From: the human T2T-CHM13v2.0 reference genome, Homo sapiens
Length of the DNA stretch: 64,000 bases
Strand: one strand, 5' to 3'
Assembly (NCBI RefSeq): GCF_009914755.1
Contig: NC_060937.1
Under the pieces are notes generated by a model. The model was not told where the DNA came from, made no database searches, and saw only the letters and a program-made list of their open reading frames with translations. Positions 1 through 13,248 of this stretch are shown here, piece after piece. A program made the position numbers and the translations under genes. The number at the start of each line of letters is the position of its first letter. Within the stretch, counting starts at the first letter, position 1.

Positions 1-790
1 CATTGAGGATACATGTCAGACTGGTGGGGTAGAGTTTGACAAAGCCACCCCGCTCAGTTGTACTAGGCCCTTCAAAAGGGCGCAATTCTCTTCCTCGCCT
101 TCTCCTTCACCTCCAGCAACCCTCAACTTTTGACTCTTAAGGTGGTCTGAAGGACACCTTTATATATATTTACGTTTACATTTTGTTATTTCAAATTGAA
201 GAACCCAATCATCACATTCATTCACACACCTGCAACAAGCATTGATAGCCTAGGTGCCAGGCACCTTTCCGAATAAAGCAGTGAACAAAACAAACTAAAA
301 CCTAAAATTCAAGAAATTCAAAAACATCTAAATGAAGTACAAGTCACTTATCTAATAGTATTAACACCATTGGTTAGTCTATTAATGGAAAAACACATCT
401 ATGTATTTTAAGTTAAAACACGTAATGTTTACAAATACACATAGACATCCACATTTCATTCACCAATCTTTTGATATAGAGTCAAATCCTTTTCTTTAAA
501 TATGAACCCATTGATTGGAATTCTACATCAGCTTTCTTACCTAAGCCATTCACATAATGCATTGTGTACAACTTCCAGGTTCAGTTTCTTTCAAGTGGAA
601 CAAGAACTTAAGACTAGCTCAAAGTTACAATTAAAGACACTATAACCAGCTGAGAACTGACTTTTGGGTTTTCATAATTTTTTTCTCCACTGTCAGTCTC
701 CCACAACTAGTTTAACAGTAATTTTATCACTTGCTTTTCAGAGAATATTCAAAAATATTCTATTTAGCTTCCCTATAAGTATCTATTTTC

Positions 791-793
<3 letters not shown>

Positions 794-832
<39 letters not shown>

Positions 833-900
833 CTTTAAGTTTTAGGGTACATGTGCACAATGTGCAGGTTAGTTACATATGTATACATGTGACATGCTGG
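794..900 (-). mobile_element. Severely 5'-truncated young L1 (L1PA2/PA3-like 3' end) with a (TAA)n tail
   Basis: Reverse complement reads ...GTAACTAACCTGCACATTGTGCACATGTACCCTAAAACTTAAAGTATAATAA. TSD TATTTTCTTT at 784-793 and 901-910. Confidence 0.9.
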
Positions 901-1991
901 TATTTTCTTTTGAAACTTATCTTGCATCATTTATATAATTTTTAATTAAATTATATAATTAAACTAACATCTAAAATGGACATAAACAGGTTTGGGAAGT
1001 AATACGATTTAAGGTTGTAACCCTAAGGTTGTTGATAAGTATATAACTCAACTACTCGGGTCAAAAATGCGCTGACTAACCTATCAGAGAGGAGTCCACT
1101 ATTCCTAAACACTCAGTGTCTTTGGCATCAGTCAGCCTATTTTATGAAAGAAATGGAAAGGTTCTGTTAACCCAGTATCAGTTAAGAAGAGGCAGGTTAT
1201 GAGAAAGAACAAGTACTATCAAAACAATAGCAACAACAATAAAGTGTTGTGGGCCAGGAAACACGCATTCTGGAGAACACTGTGGAAAGAAGATTCCTGC
1301 ATGGAAGATATTAACCTCTACAATTAAGTTGATATGCTGTTTGGGGGACTTAAATTCTGTCCTAAAACCTAGTTGCTTTTGGTGTGTGAACCGCTTTAAT
1401 AGGTGCAAAGTCCTCAGCACATTAAAGTTAGCAAGAAGAACGGCACTGTTTCCTTGGGTCCCAAGGAAGAGTGAATGGCTTTGATTAGCTACTGCAAGAA
1501 AATTAGTGTCAGAAACCTATTGGCATTGCCTTATTAAAAACTGTACATTGAAGAATGAAAACCCACGTCGTCCTAAACCACACTCTAAAAACCAGAACAT
1601 AGCCAAAAGCTAAGTTTCAAGTTTCACAATAGTCTTGTAGAGACGGCAGGGCTGATGCTCTTTTGTGCAGACATGTGGACCCCAAACAAAGGTTCATACT
1701 TGACACAGGGGTTGCTCCAGGCGGCACCAACCAGGGAACACGCAACAAAAAGAGGCCTGAGTGGGCCCAGAGGAGCAGAAGTGGAAGGGCTCTTGGCTCA
1801 CCGGTTCTGAGACAAACACTCTCTCCTTGTAATGGGCTGGGCAGCAGCAGGACACTCCCTGGCAAGCTGCAAGCCAGAGCTGGGGGTGACACCCCTGAGC
1901 ATGCTAGGGCTACGATTTCTCTGAAAAGAAATCTATTTGGTTAAACAATAAAATTGTGAAATGCAAAAATAAAATAATAGAAATGAATATG

Positions 1992-2404
1992 CTGTTGATC
2001 GTGGAACAAAAGGGGTTTAAACTGCGGGGGTCCACTTACATGCAGATTATTTTTCAATAAAAGTTACACCAGTGTGTCTGCCTCTCCTACCTCTCCTTTC
2101 CCCGCTTCCACCTCCTCCTCAGCCTAGTCAATGTGAAGACTAGGAAGATAAAGACCTTTATGATGACCCATTTCCATTTAATATGGCAAATACATTTTCT
2201 CTTCCTTTGGATTTTCTTAATAACATTTTTTTCTCTAACTTACTTTACCGTAAGAATACAGTATATAATACATATAGCATACAAATTATGTGTTCATGGA
2301 CTCTTCACGTTACCTTTAAGGAATCCGGGGAGTCAGGTTCTTCAGGGATTTTCACGTCTGTGGGGCTCTGCATCCATAACTCCCATTTGTTCAAGGGCCA
2401 ACAG
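1992..2404 (+). mobile_element. Tigger2-family non-autonomous DNA transposon (Tigger2a/MER28-like)
   Basis: Terminal inverted repeats CTGTTGATCGTGGAACAA ... TTGTTCAAGGGCCAACAG followed by TA; characteristic AACTGCGGGGGTCCACTTA. Confidence 0.8.
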
Positions 2405-2457
2405 TATTGTAATAAATTTTAAAATAAAGCCATATAAAAGTAAAACAAGCAAGGCTG

Positions 2458-2460
<3 letters not shown>

Positions 2461-2512
<52 letters not shown>
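2461..2512. repeat. (CA)26 microsatellite
   Basis: Perfect dinucleotide run. Confidence 0.98.
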
Positions 2513-2514
<2 letters not shown>

Positions 2515-3441
2515 CCCCTTTTCCTGGTCAGGATCAGGTAGAAGGGAGAGGGCCCGGGAGCTTCCCATGGCCAAGGGCACAGGTGCAACTCTGGCCAAGG
2601 AGGTGCCCAGCTGTGCCTAGCGAGATCCAGTGCTGTTCTCTAAGAGAACCTGGCCAGGAAGCGAAGCTTGCCTCTGTGCCTGGGACCATGGATTCTCCTA
2701 ACCATCCAGGCCTGCAAGCCCCACCTCTCAGAATCTTCAAGTCTTGTTCCGCCGGCTCATCCCTTGGGGCTGAAGACTGGTGGACTCCAGTTGTGTCCGA
2801 ATGCTGTGCTGGACCCGGATGTACACCACGCGCAAGCTGCACAGGTTTCCAGCTCTCCTCTCACCCTGCCCACCCCACTGAACCTTTTTTCACTGACCTG
2901 CTTTGAGTTGTTGAAATACTCTTTGATTTATCCTGAAGTACTTGAACCCAGATTTTTTAAAAGAAGCTTTATAGCTTCCTTTTACTATTTCTTCCCTTCA
3001 GGTCCTTTTCTACCCACCTGGTGTAGGTATGTGCACGTATTCACACATCTCACCTTGGCAGGCTATTTCCCTGCAGATCCTCCAATGATGGTCTCTACAG
3101 TTTACCTTAATTTTGCTATTTTTTTTTCAGGAGGTTGCAATGCAATGGTATTTTCCATAGATGTAAAGAGATGAATGTTACTTATGGACTGTGTATGAAC
3201 CTGCACCTAGGATCATGTCCTGGGAGACTTGGAATTTCTGCTGTCTTTCTCAGACTGCTGTGAGCCGGCTATAACTGGCCAATTGAACTCCAGCTTAAAA
3301 CGAAAACTTCCCAATAACACACCTGCCACCAGATGTGTAGAACAAACTACCTTTGTTTGACTGATACAATGCTTTCCTCCCCTAAACTTTTAAAAATGTT
3401 GAATGGCATAGAGTTCTGCTTTCCTTAGAAACAAATTTTAA

Positions 3442-3632
3442 GGCTGGGTGTGGTGGCTCATACCTGTAATCCCTGCACTTTGGGAGGCCAAGGCAGGCAG
3501 ATCACCTGAGTTCAGGAGTTTGAGACCAGCTGAGACAAGAGAATTGCTTGAACGCAGGAGGTAGAGGTTGTAGTGAGCCAAGACCATGCCACTGCACTCC
3601 AGCCTCAGTGACAGATTGAGACTCCGAAAAAA
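3442..3632 (+). mobile_element. Alu (S-like) with a large internal deletion
   Basis: The left arm ending GAGACCAGC is joined directly to right-arm TGAGACAAGAGAATTGCTTGAAC. Confidence 0.9.
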
Positions 3633-3935
3633 GGAAAGAAAGAAATAAGGAAGGAAGGAAGGAGAGAGACAGAGAGAGAGAGAGAGAGAAAGAAAGAGGA
3701 AGGAAGGAAAGAGAAAGAAAGAAAAGAAAGAAAGAAAGAAAGGAAGGAAGGAAGGAAGGAAGGAAGGAAGGAAGGAAGGAAGGAAGGGAGGGAAGGAAGA
3801 GAAAAGAAAGGAGGGAGGGAGGGAAGGAAAGAAGGAAGGAAGGAAGGGAGGGGGAGAAAGAAAGAGAAAGAAAGAAGAAAGAAAGAAGAAAAAGAAAGAA
3901 GGAAAGAAAGAAAGAAAGAAAAAGAAAGAAAGAAA
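3628..3935. repeat. Compound purine tract (GAAA/GGAA/GA)n expanded from the Alu tail
   Basis: ~300 nt of almost pure A/G. Confidence 0.95.
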
Positions 3936-4969
3936 CTTTAAAATTATTGAGTTTTAAGAATTTCACATTCACTGGAATAACTAGAGACAGGCTTGTGTTG
4001 TTAAAATCAAGGTTTGGGGAGAAAAGAATCAAGGTTTGGAATCACTAGAGTGAACAGTCCTAGGCATTTTGATTTCACACTCCAATCTTTTATTCATTTA
4101 CATTTTTAATTTTTATCAAACAAATAAAATTAAAATTTAAAATGTTCAGATTTTTAAATTTTTATTTTAATTTTATTCATTTGGTAAAAACAAATGCCAT
4201 TCGCCAGTCATCACCATTATTGTCCTTTCTTAAAAGGTGTTTTCACCCCTCGGAAATAAGCTGGCTATAACCTCACAATAAAATCTAACACACTAAATCA
4301 TTAGACACCAAAATTTACAAAAGAACTCACTGGTGTTATGCTTATTTATTATTATTTTTTTTACTATTTTTGCCATAACCAATGTAAACATTGGTATGGA
4401 ATGGCACCAGTGTGATGGCGGGTGTTTATGAGCCACACTCTCCTAAATCACTTTGATGGCTGAATATGTAAAGCAAGAGCACTTTGGGGTGCACACTTCC
4501 ATCCTTGCTCTCATCTGCCAGCCAACCTTACTGAGGGAAAGCTCCCTTTCCCTCTTTCCTAGATATTGGCATATATGCTACCCATGAAGATGAAGAAGCT
4601 TAACAATTAGGCTACCTTCAGAGGTCTCTTCTTAAGTCTGCCTTCTAGAGGATGTATGCTTAAGAGGAAAAGCATATTTATGGGAAATTGCTGTTAGGGT
4701 ATTGTGGCTGCACCTCTTTCCATAATGGCAAGTTCTGGTTTGGGATAAGAAGAGTGTACGGCAGGGTGGCACGCCACTTGAGCAGTGCAAGTGGAAAGAA
4801 AAAGGTCTTATCTCTGGGATATTTCAACAACATGCCATGTGTTCAGGGGAGAAAGGTGACTAGATATCTAGTAATATTATAACCCACCCCTATAGTAGAG
4901 ATGTAGATCATAAATGATTCTTTTTCAGATTTCTTTATGCATGTTGACTTCATAAGCTGAATATTAAAA

Positions 4970-5140
4970 TTAGTATGGTATAATGGAATTGGACAGACCT
5001 GACTCAGTCACTTGAACCTGTTGAGACTTTGTATAAAATTCTGTCACTTCTCTGAGCCTCTGTTTCATCTTTTGTGAATCAGTGATAGTAACCTCTATTT
5101 TACTAAGTCACTGTGAGAATTAAAACTGCTGTTATATGAA
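4970..5140 (+). mobile_element. MIR fragment
   Basis: Core TCACTTCTCTGAGCCTCTGTTTCATC...TGTGAGAATTAAA. Confidence 0.6.
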
Positions 5141-5217
5141 AGGATATTTTCTTGACATGAATATATTAGAGGAAATAGCTATATATATTTGCATAATTAA
5201 CTAGACATGAGAATGAG

Positions 5218-5566
5218 TGTATTAGACCATTTTCATGCTGCTGATAAAGACATACCAGAGACTGGGTAATTTATAAATAAAAGGAGGTTTAATAGACTCA
5301 CAGTTCCACATGGCTGGGACAGCCTCGCAATTATGGCAGAAGGCAGAAGACACGTCTCACATGGCGGCAGACAAGAGACAATGAGAGCCAAGCAAAGGGA
5401 AAACCATCACATCTCATGAGACTTATTCTGTAACAAGAGAACAGTATGAGGGAAACTGCCCCGATGATTCAATTTTCTCCCACCGGGTCCCTCCCACAAC
5501 ATGTGGGAATTGTGAGAGCTACAATTCAAGACAAGATTTGGGTGGGCACACAGCCAAACCATATCA
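5218..5566 (-). mobile_element. THE1 (THE1B-like) solo LTR, ERVL-MaLR
   Basis: TGTATTAGACCATTTTCATGCTGCTGATAAAGACATACC...CAGCCAAACCATATCA; near-TSD ATGAG/ATGTG. Confidence 0.9.
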
Positions 5567-6139
5567 ATGTGTTATAAACATTAGAAAGTATGAAGCAAGA
5601 TACTTATTACCTGCACATGATATGATTGTATATCTGAATTGGAAGTATATAGAAGTCTTAGGAAACAGGCTTTCTTATCCTGGCCTTGATGAAAGAATTG
5701 GGTTTCACATTTTTCCTTGGCCAGAGACCATGAACAGTTACAGTCCAGAAGAAGAGGAACTCTCAGAGATGCAGGTAAATATGTGCATCCACAGATTTTA
5801 AAAGAGTTGAGTAAATTACAGTAGTTCCCGACTTCCCTTTGCAGTTTAGGGGAAAAAAAAATAAGGGAGGATGGCTCCTGCCTGTCTCTTTTACACCAGA
5901 ATAATTGTTCCAGGGGCCATGACCCAATAGCTTTCATCTGGCTTCCCCTGGCCGCTGTGCACTATCACTTGGGAAAGGACTCATTTTCAGGTTTGTCAGA
6001 GACAACACTGCTCATTAAGCACTATCAGGGTTTTCTGGAATCTTAATGATATAAAGGTAAAGGTGGTGGCAAGAAGAACATGTGAGCCATAACGGCAGCC
6101 ACAACAACCACATCCTTTGCTAAAGAAGCAGCAACATGT

Positions 6140-6370
6140 AGCGGACAGGAGTGCAGACTCTTCAGCCACACTGCCTTAGTGTGAATCTCAGCTCCACCAC
6201 TTCTCAACTGTATAACCTCAGGAAAGTTAATTAATCTCTCTCAGTTTCCTTGTCTATAAAATATGGACTGTAACAATACTAAGACCTGCTTCATATCATT
6301 TTTTTGAGAATTAAATGAGGTAATAGTTGAAAAGCACCTACAAAAATGTAAGCACTATGTGAATATTTGA
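6140..6370 (+). mobile_element. MIR
   Basis: AATCTCAGCTCCACCACTT...CTCAGTTTCCTTGTCTATAAAAT...GAGAATTAAATGAG. Confidence 0.75.
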
Positions 6371-6868
6371 TAAATAATTTTTCTTAAAGAGTTACTCTTC
6401 TAAGAAAGCTATGCAATGATTGAGTGAATGAAATGCTTAAGCGTCTCTTATCTAATTGCCAAGGTCATTTTTGTTTTGTTTTGGTATTTGCATTAGCTTT
6501 TTTATTCCTAGGAGAACTATAAACAAATTGTAAGTATGCTTTGAACTATGAGAAAGCTAAGCCTAACCTCGGTCCAGTCTGGTTTTTCTACTGATTTCTC
6601 AAGTTTCTTATCTCAGAATAGAAATCATTGATATGTGTTATATTTGTTATAATTATTTTACATATGAGTGATGTAATTGATAATCTTTATCAATAGTGCC
6701 CACAGCCAACTGAGGATGGATGCGGTTCCACAGAGATGCCTCTTCATTTAACTTCATTCTGTTCAACTTCATACTGAACAGAGAATTACCTTTTGATCCT
6801 CTCCCTCCTCCTCACTTGTACCTAGGTCACATAGTTGTCTATCATATTGATAGTAGCTATACTCATTC

Positions 6869-7163
6869 TTTTTTTTTTTTTTTTTTTTGAGACAGAGTCT
6901 CACTCTGTCACCCAGGCTGGAGTGCAGTGGCACCTCCCGGGTTCAAGTGATTCTCTTGCCTCAGCCTCCAGAGTAGCTTAAGTTTACAGGCGCTCACCAC
7001 CATGCCCGGCTAATTTTTTTTTTTTTTTTTTTTTATGTATTTTTAGTAGAGACGGGGTTTCACCATTTGGCCAGGCTGGTCTCCAACTCCTGACCTCAGG
7101 TGATCTAGCTGCCTCGGCCTTCCAAAATGCTGGGATTACAGGCGTGAGCCACTGCACCCAGCC
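6869..7163 (-). mobile_element. AluS with a small internal deletion
   Basis: Reverse Alu consensus, polyT head, TSD CTAT(A/G)CTCATTCTT. Confidence 0.93.
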
Positions 7164-8261
7164 ACTATGCTCATTCTTAAAGCAAAAGCCTCATCATGCC
7201 TCTTCCTCCACGAGCAACCAAAGCTGTACAAAGCTCCCTGCATATTTCTGTTTTGTAGATTGCAGAACAAGGGTTAATCAAACTTTTCCAAGAGTCTACC
7301 TGTTTGGATGATCCCCATGTGCCTATATCCATTTTTTCCCCCATAGGATTCCCTGTAAATAAGAAAGATAAAACAGGTTATATACTGTTCCAAGAGAGCT
7401 GTTAGCTCCCTTCTCTCTACTATTGGTTGGAATAAGTATCAATCAAAAGAAAATAAAAAAGAAAAACTTCAACATAGGATATATGGAGGCTCCAAAACTT
7501 TTTTTTTTTTGCCTATTAAAGATTTTTCTAAGTTTTCGTTATTTTAATTTCAAAAAAATAGTCAATTTCAACACAAAACAAGAAAATGGACATGTTTAAG
7601 AATAAATACAGTCCTTAACATGAAATACATTTAGGCTTTTAAAATAACTGCATTGTTTTTATTTTCCTCATTTCATCATGGGTTAGGAAACACTGTATCA
7701 TCTGTTCAGAGACCAATGTGGGAGACACTGCTGTGGACCACGTTATTGATAAGACAATTTAAACACAGACAGCCTCACATCTCCTGAACACTCCCATCTT
7801 CATCCGTTCTGCCAGAGATACAAGTCTTACAAAGCGACCTCTATTTAAAAAAAAAAATAGTACAAGGAATCAGTATGCTGTTTTAAAGACCCAAATTAAT
7901 CTAACTCTTTAGAAGACATCAGATATTGCCAACAAACTTACTAAATGCTATGGTAATCACTGTTTTATTGCATGCTTGAAAATAGGTCTCATAAAATTTT
8001 GACATGTAAATTAAGAAACAAGGAAAATAGTATGCATTCATACACAAACAAATACAAAATGGCTAACTTGCATTCTAATTGTGTTAATGTTACATATTTT
8101 AAATACATTGACATATTACCGAAACACATTTGTGTGCATTTTATTCTGAAATCTCTGATGCAGGACCAAGGCCTGTTCCTCAAGTACAGGTTTATTGATT
8201 AGAATTGTTTCAATTAGCTCATATCATATCTTTCACATACACACCATACTTCTTTTTCCTT

Positions 8262-8557
8262 ATGTATTTATTTATTTATTTTTTGAGACAGGGTCTCATG
8301 CTGTCACCCAGGCTGCAGTGCAGTGGTGCAATCTCCACTCACTGCAGCCTCAACTTTCCAAGCTCAATCGATCCTCCCTCCTCAGCCTCCTGAGAAGCTG
8401 GGACCATATGCACATGCAGCCATGCCCAGCTAATTTTTGTAGAGACAATATCTCCCTATGTTGCCCAGGCTGGTCTCAAACTCCTGGGCTCAAGCAGATG
8501 GCCTGACTCAGCTTCCCAAAGTTCTGGAACTATAGGCATGAGCCACCTTTCCCAGCC
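8262..8557 (-). mobile_element. AluJ
   Basis: Reverse Alu with J-type CCTGGGCTCAAG; TSD ACACCATACTTCT. Confidence 0.9.
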
Positions 8558-9829
8558 TACACACCATACTTCTAATGTATCTCCTGAGATTTCTAATATT
8601 GGCTTCCTTAAAAGTGAAAAAATAAAAATAAAACTTTAGCAAAATAATGAGAATCTTTATGAGTTTTTGTTTTATTTTCCTCAAAGTCTTCTATAGTTTT
8701 TACACACACCTAATTTAACAGCATTTAAAAAAATCGTATTGTCTTTAGAGAGTCTTTCTAAAACATTCAACTCAATTTTCCCAGAAAAAAAAATTTTCTT
8801 CCAACTCTTATTGCATAAGTTTATGTAACATTTAATGCAATTACATAATTCCAATAACAACTAAATTAAACCGGTTTGAGAGCAAACATAACGGACATTT
8901 GGCAAGACCCCAACTCTGATTGTGGGGAGCGGAAAGCTAATGCATACTGGAAGGAAGCCTACTAATTCTAGTGTATACTCTGTGGCCTTGGGTCCGGAAG
9001 TTTGCCGAGGAAAAAGAGGAGTATGATTAATCTAGTAAGTATAAGAAAACATGTTTAAGCTAACTATTTTCTCATTTAATTTAATTAACTATTAGAAAAG
9101 TTAATCGTGAAAACAATAGAAACATTTTAGCCTCGTCCTTCCTAAATGACACAGATAAAGTTATAACAATGATATTCTTTACAAACCACATAATTTTTTA
9201 AAAACAAAGGTATGAAACATCTTGGCTTAAACAAGAGATACTATAGGTCTAGGGCAGCAATATTAGAGCTGCCCTACTCCTTACTCAAGTATGCAAGCTA
9301 ATCATAGGCAAACCATAAATTAAACTAACATTGTGTCTTCCGTTCCCCACACCCCCAATTCCTCTTTGGAAAATCATTATTTGTATTTTCCTTCTCTCTT
9401 ACGACTTCTTTTAATTCCATAATAAATATTTTAGAGCTGTTTCCTGGCTGGTCAAGTGCCCTTAATTTGTGACCTCCAAAATTCTTCCTCCTCAAAGTTC
9501 TCCCACATCAAAACTTAACAATTTGCTGTTGTAGTTCTTCAGATTCTGTTTTATGCTTGGTTAAAGTAGTTAAAAAGCTAAATTAACATGAATATTTCAA
9601 TGGGGTTAATACCATGAATGTGTAACATATGCTCATGAGTTACTGTGTTACCCTACCAACAGATGAATTTTTGTAGGAATCTTAAGGAGATAATCTCTCA
9701 CCCAAAAAAAGCTGTGATTAATAGTAGGGATTTTAACAGATGCTGTGGAAGACTTAGGAGTTACAAGAGAATTTTCGATGACTGTACTTTTTAGCTCTCT
9801 TTAAAAATTAATACTACAGAAGCCAACTA

Positions 9830-10835
9830 ATCATTCTAATCATTAAGGCTCTTAAAGTTTTTGCATCAAAGACATAAAACCATCTTTACCAAAGAAGCAG
9901 GGTAAATTTACAAGTTGCAACCAGAAGTCAAAAATATCTTTATTTTGATCCAGAAAGTTAGTCTCTGCATGCACGCACATGTATGTGTGCTCCTGTGTGT
10001 GGATGTATATTTTTGGCATGCTTGTTAAAGTATAAGTTTCCGATGGAAAAGGAGCATGCTATATATAATTTCCAGAGGAGTACAGATCTCATTTTAGGTC
10101 CTGCCAAAGAGGTTATTCTTAATAGAATGGCTGGAGTCACACCCTGATTAATAGGCATCTGGGTAACTATAACCCACAAGCCACTGACACCATGTTTCCC
10201 TCAAAAGTTAGAGTTTGTCTGAAACCCTTCCTTTCTCCACTCCCTACCCCAAACTCCAAAAATCAGAGGTAGGAAACCTTCAGTCCTAGGCCATGGCCGT
10301 TTAGAGCAAGCACAGTTAAATCTTTGTTATGTCGGAGATAATGTCTACATTAATGGAGAATGTACATATCTTATCCCATGTATTCAGTAATTTGCAAGCA
10401 TTCCTGAAGCTTTCTGTTTTCTTCCTTTAGCTTTCAATTTTTGAGCTGCATTTTTAATCTAAGAAAAAAATGATTCTACAAATTTTGACTGAGACAATAT
10501 CACGTTTATGGTATGTCATCATTACCTCTTTAAAGTGGATTGTTTTCAAAAGTTTTTTTCCATTGTTTAATTATCTTTAGAATTGCCTCCAGCTTCTTAC
10601 TTTTCCAATTTATAAATATTTTTCATTTGTCCTTGTCCATCAGAAACTTACAATTTAACAAGCATGCCAAAAATATGCATATGAGTATATATAGACTTTC
10701 TGGATCAAAATAAAATCAAGGGGTTTTTTTTGGTAGTTTTAAATATAATATTTGAATCCATCCTGCTTGTTTGGTAGATAGTTTTGTGGTATGTCATCCA
10801 TGCAAGGAATTAAAAGTCAGTCCTAGTAATTAGGC
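9830..10835. repeat. Long imperfect inverted repeat (arms ~9830-10060 and ~10625-10835)
   Basis: Perfect reverse-complement blocks 9939-9958/10695-10714 (20 nt) and 10007-10029/10654-10676 (23 nt), plus weaker flanking homology. Confidence 0.88.
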
Positions 10836-12908
10836 ACCTACCAAAGTGTGCTTCTGAGCTATGTTACTTTCTAAGTTTTGAAGCCTTAGAGAAAGATTAT
10901 ATGTTTCCCTCAGTGTAAACCACTAAAGGGAATTATAAAATTGGTGTTTTCTAAAGCCTCTTTTAAAATGTATTGACACTGTGGTTGATGGCCTGCTTAC
11001 TAATGGTTTGTAAGCAAGGTTTGCAAAGATAGCTGATTATATACACAGTTCATTTTAGAAGACTATTAAAGGCTTTTGATTGGTAAAAGTGCTATGTTTC
11101 TAAAAATACTTAATTAGGGGTCTATCAATACAAAAAGACAGTTAAAAGCCTTGTTAATTCAGATTTCTGCATCCTATCAGGGTTGTTCTTGTCTCTGATT
11201 GTTTCATTGAATAAATATATTAACCCTTGGAAAATCAGAGGCTCCAATAGAAATAACATACTGCGTAATTATGACAATTAACTGACATGTTTCCATTTTT
11301 CCATAGCTCGTTTAAGTAATAATAAATTAACATCTACCAGAAAAATATTAGAATCTTAGACATAGAGATTTTTCTTTCATGCACATGCATACACCACTTA
11401 AAATGAATTAACTTTAAGAAGATTTAACTTAAGTAACATTCAGAATTTTTGTTCTTTTTTTTTTTATCCTTTATGCCCTTATTTGGCAAAGAGAGGAGCT
11501 GATGTGAAGGGTAATAGGGAGACTGGAGTAGAAATCACTTTGAGTAAAATAAAGTTGGGATTATGAAAAAGAGGAGTCAATAAACCAGAATCTTTAGGTT
11601 GTGAAGAATCTAAAAAAGATGACTGCCTTATATTCTAGTTGAGAGAGGCAGCAATTAAACAATGGATAAAAACATGAAATTAAGTGGAATATTTTAAGAT
11701 AAGTGCTTAAAAATTGTAGAACAAGGAGAAGGTTGGGGACATTTGCACTTTTAAATGTATTCTACAAAGAACATGGGAAAACGGGACTTGGCTGCAATTA
11801 TTGGGGTAGAGGTGGGGTGGGGGGGTGTTAGATAGAGACAGGTCCTGGTAAAAGAACCTCAAGAGATTTTTGGATGAGACCACTATGCTGTTAAATAAAT
11901 AAGGAAAGAAATTACTGTTCTCTGCTTTGGTCCTGCTTTCCCTTCACTCATCCACGGACAAACGCTGACATCTCTCTTAATCTCAGTTCTCTGTACAAAC
12001 AATGCTGAAATGATAGAAAATCAGTGAAGATCCACTTTCGGTACATTTTTTTTTAATGTATAGACACATACAAAGAACCCCTGTATCCAGCATCATCTCA
12101 CTGCAAGGTATTGTGCTGGCTGTTTTTCCTATATAATACTTACACACATGTACATCGTATGGATATTTCTCTTTGAAAACAAGCTGTCTATGTTATACAC
12201 TTCTGTATCTTACTGAAATATTATTTGTTGAATGACATAAGATGTAAATGAATTCATTCATTCATTCATTCATTATTGAATATTAGATTTAGCCAAAGGA
12301 AAAAAGAAAACAAAAAAAAGTCCTATCATGCTCCAAAGGAAGACAACACCATATTCAATATAGAGCAAGTGTATAAGTTTAGAGGTAATTTTAAAGTTTG
12401 TTATTTACTCTCATAAATCTCAAACCAGGGAGAAAAGACTTTGTAAAAGAGTAAGTTTCTCTTCTCCTTTGTGCTAATTGCGTAACTAGATGCAAATGTA
12501 TTTTGCTTCAAAAACACATAATTTGTTCAGTTCTGCATCTGCTGAATGTGTGCATATGTGTGGTTGGGTATGTAGACATGAGCCTATATGGAGAGATCTC
12601 TAGTACTTTGATGGTAGAATGGACATGCTTATGGTGAAAATATTGCTATAGCATCTTTGATTACAATTTATTCATAGAAAATGGGATATTGTGAAACTGA
12701 TTCAATATATATATGATTTAGCATCTATTCAACAATAAAAAGCTACATGTTGTAATCTTACAATATATTTTAACTTTCCATTATTAATAATAATAACTAA
12801 TATTTATTGAGTCTTTGTATATACCTTTATGACACTCAACCACTTACATATATTATCTTCTTTAATTCTTAGAAGTAATCAATGAAACACATATTAATAA
12901 TCTTCTGC

Positions 12909-12920
12909 TTTTATTTTATT

Positions 12921-12955
<35 letters not shown>

Positions 12956-13248
12956 TTTGCTTTTCGAGACAGAGTCTTGCTCTGTCACCCAAGCTGGAGT
13001 GTAATGGCGCAATCTGGGCTCACTGCAACCTCCGCCTCCCGGGTTCAGGAAATTCTCCTGCCTCAGCCTCCTGAGTAGCTGGGATTACAGGTGTGTGCCA
13101 CCACACCTGGCTAATTTTTTTTGTATTTTTAGTGGATACAGGGTTTCACCCCGTTGGCCAGGCTGGTCTCGAACTCCTAACCCTGTGATCTACCTGCCTC
13201 AGCCTCCCAAAGTGCTGGGATAACAGGCGTGAGCCACCACACCCAGCC
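12909..13248 (-). mobile_element. AluS with a (TAAA)n tail
   Basis: Reverse Alu consensus; (TTTA)n at ~12910-12958. Confidence 0.93.

Noticed and set aside
2133-3174. 257-aa and neighbouring ORFs
   Set aside because: They run through a Tigger2 element and the (CA)n repeat (THTHTH); no coding signature.
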